Positions 57,349-64,000 of a stretch of 64,000 nt of DNA are shown here, in pieces. Source of the stretch: Octopus vulgaris (lineage: Eukaryota); contig OX597826.1 of NCBI GenBank assembly GCA_951406725.2, positions 49,724,001 through 49,788,000 on the forward strand, given 5' to 3'. A program made the position numbers and the translations under genes. Each line of letters opens with the position of its first letter. The first letter of the stretch is position 1. The notes below the pieces were generated by a model, which saw nothing but the letters and a program-made list of their open reading frames with translations, had not been told where the DNA came from and did not search any database.

Positions 57349-57591
57349 GTGGAGGGGCATGGCTTAGTGGTTAGGGTGTTGAACTTATGATCGTAAAGTT
57401 GTGGTTTCGATTCCTAGACCGGGCAACGCGTTGTGTTCTTGAGCAAAACACTTCATTTTCACGTTGCTCCAGTCCACTCAGCTGGCAAAAATGAGTAATC
57501 CTGCGACGGACCGGCGTCCCGTCCAGGAATTTCTCCGCCACTGAAACCGGGAAACTGGCCATTATGAGCCTGGTATGGCTTGAGAAGGAAC
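57349..57591 (+). mobile_element. SINE family D with alternative tail
   Basis: Same head and CORE-like domain as 48563, then AATCCTGCGACGGACCGGCGTCCCGTCCAGG. Confidence 0.85.
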
Positions 57592-57593
57592 AT

Positions 57594-57625
<32 letters not shown>

Positions 57626-57634
57626 CGTACATAT

Positions 57635-57689
<55 letters not shown>

Positions 57690-57691
<2 letters not shown>

Positions 57692-57885
57692 TATGTTTGT
57701 GTGTCTGTGTTTATCCCCCCACCATCGCTTCTTGACAACCGATGTTGGTGTGTCTACGTCACCGTAACTTAGCGGTTTTCGGCAAAAGATATCGATAGAA
57801 TAAGTACTAGGTCGACTTGTTCGACCAAAGGCGGTGCTCCAGCATGACCGCAGTCAAATGAGTGAAACAAATAAACGAATAAAAG
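57690..57885 (+). mobile_element. SINE family A 3' half
   Basis: GACAACCGATGTTGGTGTG..GGCGGTGCTCCAGCATGACCGCAGTCAAATGA. Confidence 0.8.
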
Positions 57886-59899
57886 AATTAAAAAATAATA
57901 TGTATGTATGAATAGATGTATGTCTATGCATGTGTGCGCGCATGTCTCTTCCCCGTTTTGTTATCCCCTCCCACAGTCTGACAGCCAATGATAGTCTATT
58001 TACGTCACCGTAAGGACTTTTACCAGACGTAAAATAAGCACTGATATCGATTAGTTCATCTAATCCTACAACGCGGTGCTCCAGCATGGCCGTTGTCTTA
58101 TGACTGGAACACACACACACACACATATGTATGCATGTAATAACATTTTGACTCAGTCCCACATTACTTAAAGTTTCGTTGACGTATGACACGTCCCGCG
58201 CGTCAGATGTTTATCAGAAAAAGAGTAGTGAGGATTTTTGAAAGAAATTTAAGAAGGTTCCTTAGTGATTTTGTTAGTTTTTTTATCAGTCAATTAAGGT
58301 TACATGTTTACATTTGCTATCATAGCGACATTAGTTATTTCATTGGCAAACTCAACATGGTGTAACAAACAGGATGTTGTCGTCACTTTGTCGGCATTGT
58401 GCAGGATTTGATTCGTTCCCTCCTTTCTTTTGAGCAAGACGAAGGTATTTATAGTTCTTTTATAGATAGTTCCTGTTGAACATTATTCTATTGAACTCAA
58501 CTATTGTATCGTTTTATTTTACAATAACTAAGTTATTTAAGTCAATTTTGGGCATTACTTATCATTTTTTCGTCACTTTAAAGTCACACAACTTTTTTCG
58601 TAACAAATATTTTCACGCGGTTTTCACCAAAAGATACTCTTCAATGAGCACAGTCTTTTAAACCCGATTAATTTATACTTTTCTTTTAATATAACTGAGA
58701 TATCTTGATTCAAAATCAATATTTCACCTTGCTCTCCCATTTCTGACCTCACATATTTTAACCTAACGTTTTTTTCTAATGGACCAAATTTCAAGTATCA
58801 TATTTTATCTCCTAATGTAACATAGGACTGGACCATCATTGTCCAAACAAACTTCATTCAATTTGGTTGAGAACTGAATTAGTGATGAAGGCTAAAAGTG
58901 CTCGCGAGTAACTAAAAGTTGACCTGAAGAATATAATGCCCCTCTGAAAGATGGCGTCGAATAAAGATTTTTGTTGGTGTCTTAGTTTCTTTTCTCGATC
59001 CTATGCTTAGAGGTGACGTCAGCCTTCGTGCATTTGAATCATTTCAGCAGTAGCGATAGGTGTGGTTGCAATAGTAATATTAAAAAAATAGCAACATATC
59101 TGTTCAGGATTATCATTTTAGAAATTAAGATGAACCGGAAGTTCTCTAAAGTGAAGGCAAACAACAAGCGACAAATTAGTAAAGAGTGGGTGGGACTAAA
59201 GAGCGTGTGCGTGTGTGTACGTGTGTGTGTGTGCCTATACATATATATATATATACACACACACACATTTATATGCATATGTAAATATATATATATATAT
59301 ATATATATATACAAATGCATGCACACACATAGGAGTAACTATGAAAGCTTTTGTTTACATAATGTATCAAATTTTAACTGTTAATGTGTGTGTATACATA
59401 TATATACATATATATAGGAATGTATGGGTATATAAATATATACATACACACACACACACACATATATATATAAATATGCATGTGTGTGAGAACGCACGTT
59501 TTATATTTCTTAGATAAATATTTAAATATATAATTATTTATGAATGTACACGTGTTTCTGAATCTATTTTATATAGCTACGTATTTAGCAAGACTGTGGA
59601 ACAAAACGTCTTACGTTCCTTAATGTTTTCAGTTCGAATCCTACGGAGAACAACTTTGCTTTTCTTCTTTGCAGGGTCGGGTACCAAGCCTGTGTGGCCC
59701 TTCCACCACTGTTAGAAGTCATTATATTCTGTAAGCATTTTGCTGGATTCATGGCGGTCTCTTTCAAAGGGAGAAAACTTATTTGTGCACAAGTATGTGG
59801 GTAAGGATGAATATATGGATGGACAGATGGAGGGAGGGAAGGAGGGAGGGAGGATGGAGGGAGGGATGGATGGATGGATGGATGGATGGACGGATGGAA

Positions 59900-59956
<57 letters not shown>

Positions 59957-60043
59957 ATGTTCTGTGATAAAAAAATTCAACAAAAACTGCTCAAATGATT
60001 CAAAGTTAAAGTCCAACGTCTTTACAGGGGACGTGATCCTTCT

Positions 60044-60110
<67 letters not shown>

Positions 60111-60115
<5 letters not shown>

Positions 60116-62086
60116 TTAGATAAAACTTAGATGTGTTTCGACCAGAGATTGGTCCAGGCCATGTCTAACTTAATAGCACCACCTGATAGGATTATTCGAA
60201 TCCTGTTTAAGTCAAGTTTTGTTCAAGTAGTGAGTTCTTGTTGGGTGAGTTGTATCCAGTTTTGTTCAAGTAGTGAGTTCTTGTTGGGTGAGTTGTATCC
60301 AATTATGGGTGGCTTGTCTGGTATTCTTTGAAGGAATCTATCCAGACTCTGTTTGAAGTTGATGGGATCCTTTTCCTCTTTGATCTCCCTCGGGACAATG
60401 TTAAATAGGGCAGGGCCTGTTGAGGAAAAGAAATTATGTTGCAGTGTACATGTATGTTGTGATCTTGAATTTGGCAGGGGACGTATAGCCCGTGGTCCAA
60501 GTCTCGGATGAACCTTGAAGCTAATGTTTAGGTCGTTTGGGCAAAGTTGGCGGTATATTTTCCACATCGTACAAATGATGTACCGCTCACGGCGACGCTG
60601 GAGGGAGTAAAGTTTCAAGGCTTTAAGGCGATCCCAATAGTCGAGAGCAGCCATGCCTTCAATTTGTTTAGTAAGAGCCCTCTGGGGTGACTCAATTCTG
60701 GAGATGTTTTGTCTTGTGTGAGGAGACCACAGTGGGCAGCAGTATTCAAGGTGTGGCCGTACAAAGGATGAAAAAAGTGGTATGATGACACCTTGTTCTC
60801 TGGACCGGAAAGTTCTTAAGATCCAGGAACTCATCCTACGAGCTGTATCGACCTTCTTGTTGATGTGTGCACTCCAACTGAGATCGTCATCAACAATTAC
60901 ACCCAGGTCTCTGATATTGTTGGAGGCTGTGAGCGGTTCCCCTGAAGGAAGAGAGTATGGTTGTTTTAGTGAGGAATTTCTTCCAAAATGCATCAGCTCA
61001 AATTTTCCCTCATTCAGTTGCATTTTGTTTCTGTCTGCCCATTGACTCACAGCATATAGGTCAGACTGGAGTTGAGTTCGGTCTGCTTCTTCATTGACGA
61101 TTTGCTGGAGCTTAGTGTCATCAGCGAATATTTTCACTTTGCAGTGATGTACGACACTGGAAAGGTCGTTTACATAAATTATGAAGAGTAGCGGACCCAA
61201 AACAGTTCCCTGGGGAACACCGCTGGTGACTTTTGCTGGGTTTGAGTGGACTCCATCAACTACAACATGTTGTGTTCTATTCGCTAGGAAATACTGAATC
61301 CAGTGTAGAACTTTTCCACGGATTCCAACATTTGCCAATTTTGAGAGTAGGATGTTATGGTCTACCCTGTCGAACGCTTTACTGAAGTCAAGGTATATGA
61401 CGTTAGAGTTCGAACCTGTTCCCAAGGCTTTGAGTACATCTTCAAGGTGGTGTAAGAGCTGTGTTAGACAGTCCCTGCCACAGCGAAAGCCATGTTGATT
61501 TGAATTTAGGAGTTTGTGGGTCTCCAGGAAGTCAGCTATCCTTGATCTTAACACTCTTTCAAACACTTTAATGATGTGGGAGGTGAGTGAGATTGGGCGA
61601 TAGTTGACTGCGAGGGATCTGTTTCCCTGTTTGAAAACCGGGATGACCGACTGGGATAGAAACTTTTTCGGTATATAACCTGCGTCTAACGAGTTTCTCC
61701 AGAGGTTGGTCAGAGGGACTGCAAGTTGATATCTACATTCCTTCAGGAGACTGGCGGGAAATCTATCAGGGCCTACAGCGGAGTAATGTTTGACCTCATT
61801 TATTGCTGCTACGATGTCGGTGGCAGTGAAGGTTATGTCTGCGATTTTGTGTTGGGAGTCAGCTTCGTTCGTTTCCCTCACATCAATATCAGTGGGAACA
61901 CTGAAGACAGAGCAATATTGTTTCTGCAGTATTTCTGCCATTTCTTTAGCATCGTGTTGGGGAATGCCGTTTTCATCAATCAATGGCCCAATAGGTGAGA
62001 CAGTGGTTCTATGCTTATTTGCATAAGAATAGAACACTTTTGGGTTCTGTTTGATGTTTTTGATTACCCATTGTTCCTCCACAGCT

Positions 62087-62089
<3 letters not shown>
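60111..62089 (-). mobile_element. 5'-truncated CR1-clade LINE inserted in (TA)n
   Basis: Contains RT ORF; 3' end TCTAAGTTTTA tandem; (TA)n on both flanks. Confidence 0.92.
60223..62082 (-). CDS. LINE ORF2 reverse transcriptase (5'-truncated, uninterrupted 619 aa)
   Basis: [52 protein letters not shown]; no endonuclease domain and no true start codon. Confidence 0.92.
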   Translation of the reverse strand: MEEQWVIKNIKQNPKVFYSYANKHRTTVSPIGPLIDENGIPQHDAKEMAEILQKQYCSVFSVPTDIDVRETNEADSQHKIADITFTATDIVAAINEVKHYSAVGPDRFPASLLKECRYQLAVPLTNLWRNSLDAGYIPKKFLSQSVIPVFKQGNRSLAVNYRPISLTSHIIKVFERVLRSRIADFLETHKLLNSNQHGFRCGRDCLTQLLHHLEDVLKALGTGSNSNVIYLDFSKAFDRVDHNILLSKLANVGIRGKVLHWIQYFLANRTQHVVVDGVHSNPAKVTSGVPQGTVLGPLLFIIYVNDLSSVVHHCKVKIFADDTKLQQIVNEEADRTQLQSDLYAVSQWADRNKMQLNEGKFELMHFGRNSSLKQPYSLPSGEPLTASNNIRDLGVIVDDDLSWSAHINKKVDTARRMSSWILRTFRSREQGVIIPLFSSFVRPHLEYCCPLWSPHTRQNISRIESPQRALTKQIEGMAALDYWDRLKALKLYSLQRRRERYIICTMWKIYRQLCPNDLNISFKVHPRLGPRAIRPLPNSRSQHTCTLQHNFFSSTGPALFNIVPREIKEEKDPINFKQSLDRFLQRIPDKPPIIGYNSPNKNSLLEQNWIQLTQQELTT

Positions 62090-62162
<73 letters not shown>

Positions 62163-62243
62163 AGGTTAATCCAAACGGGAAAACAGAAAAAACAACAACA
62201 CGTGGAACAATTACAGTATTATTATTATTATATATATATTATT

Positions 62244-62305
<62 letters not shown>

Positions 62306-62340
62306 TGTGTGTGTGTGTGTTCACCCATCGCACGCACATA

Positions 62341-62427
<87 letters not shown>

Positions 62428-62432
62428 ATATT

Positions 62433-63575
62433 AACTGGTGTACCCGGTAATTCCCGGGGATAAAGATGTTCTATTGAAACGACTTATTACTCTGATATAA
62501 GAAAGCAATTTCGTTATAACACAAAAGGTGTATTTTCCATCACGAAAATGTACAAAAAAACTGTCAGCTGGAGGAAGGAGAGATTGTTGGAGGTTGGTGA
62601 GAGAGGTTTTTGTAGGTTGCCGAGAAAGATTGTCGGGGGTTGGTGAGAGAGGTTGTTGGAGGTTGGTGAGAGGCAATGACATTATTATGCTTAGCGAAGG
62701 CATCTGGGAAATGCATAACTGCTGTCATTCACAGAAAAACTATTGTTTTACCGTGAGAAAAGTCCTGTTGAAATGTTAAGTGACATTTGGTAATCGACGA
62801 TCGAATCCACGCTCTGCCTGCACGAAGCCACTACAAATACGTTGTGGAATAAAAAAAATTATCTACTGTCATGGAACAAGTGTAACTGTAAAAATTCAGA
62901 ATTTTCGGAGTAATGGGCATTCAAAAAAGTACGTATGTATAGAAATGTATGAATGAAATCTTTAATGTTTAAGATTCAAATTAAGAAAATGCAATAATAA
63001 TGTTTAGCAGTTCAAATCTGTGAGTAGTGAAATGTAGAATTAGGTCGGTTGATCGTGGGAATCAAATATTGATCGCTTCGCTAAAATCTGCAGGTAGTAT
63101 GGGTTATTTCTCTTGGGTTGTTTAAATAAAATATTAGTAATATGTAGTAGATAGAAAGATCCATTGGAAGGGCCCTATTATCGATTTTTCTTCAATATAA
63201 ATATGTCACGAGGTTTCCAGACATGAGTTCTACTAACGTGTCAAATAAAGTATAAAAGTGATATTGTCTGCAATAATTAGAAATATGACACACAAAAAAT
63301 CAATATTCAATGAAATGGGTTATTTCTCTTAGGTGTTTTAAAAAAATATTGTACAGGTGCTATGGGTTACTTCCCTTGGGTGTTTAAAAAAATTACTTAT
63401 ATGCGGTAGATATAAAGCTCCCTTCCAGGGGCCGTGTTATCGATTTTTTCAACAATATAAGTATGTCACGGGGTTTCCAGTCATGAGTTCTACTCACGTG
63501 TCAAGTTAGCTAGGATGAGTTAGCTAACAACACTACAAACAAACACACGCCGATTTTCCACATATGTAGTAGATA
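62433..63575 (+). mobile_element. Possible non-autonomous Helitron-like element with internal repeats
   Basis: Start AACTGGTGTACCCGG..CCCGGG hairpin, end ACAAACAAACAC..TAGTAGAT, ~150-bp internal direct repeats at ~63091 and ~63354. Confidence 0.4.
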
Positions 63576-64000
63576 TAATACATACATTTCCACCCATCCA
63601 TTCCATTATTCAAGTATCCATTGAACCATCCATCTATCCACATATATATGGATGGATAGATGGATGGATGGTTGAATGGATAATGGAATAGTGGAATGGA
63701 TTGGGGAGAGGTGAGTGAGTGTCATAATTAAAGTTTAGATTTGAAATTTAAAATTTATTGCCTAAACTATATTTTGGGTATGTCCCCAGTAGTGTGGGGG
63801 CGGAGCACGCTCTCCTCTTATGACTACTTGGCGTCATCCACAGTAAATGTACACTCGTCGCTGGATCTACGTTAGGAATTCTTCGAGTGCAGAATGTTCC
63901 GAAACGATCGTTGTGATAAAAATAGTTTCCAGTCTACTCTAAATTCGGTATCAATTATTTAGAATATATATATATCTGAGACCCCCTTCGGTCACGACAC

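Noticed and set aside
58922-58962. CTGAAGA...GAAA...GTC motif
   Set aside because: Stems I-III do not pair

Overview
AT-rich eukaryotic DNA dominated by microsatellites and transposon debris. The tRNA-headed SINE families and extreme simple-repeat load resemble an octopod cephalopod genome (inference from recalled repeat families). I found no credible host protein-coding gene; nearly all ORFs in the supplied track are translated microsatellites. Real coding remnants are a young 5'-truncated CR1-clade LINE with an intact 619-aa RT frame (60.1-62.1 kb), an older CR1 copy, a Tx1/L1-type LINE with permuted domain order, several R4/Dong-like RLE LINE 3' ends in (TAA)n or (CATA)n, and mariner, maT-like, hAT and Gypsy integrase fragments. 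Four modular SINE families (here A-D) are abundant. The most interesting signal is a set of small non-coding, (TA)n-embedded, Penelope/retrozyme-like elements with hammerhead ribozyme (HHR) folds that have unusual cores: two type-I HHRs with U10.1-U11.1 (14172 +, 44124 -), a four-copy family with a CUGUNGA-A core, and an 833-bp partial-tandem element with a permuted GAAA-N25-CUGAAGA motif. All folds were parsed by eye and cleavage is untested.
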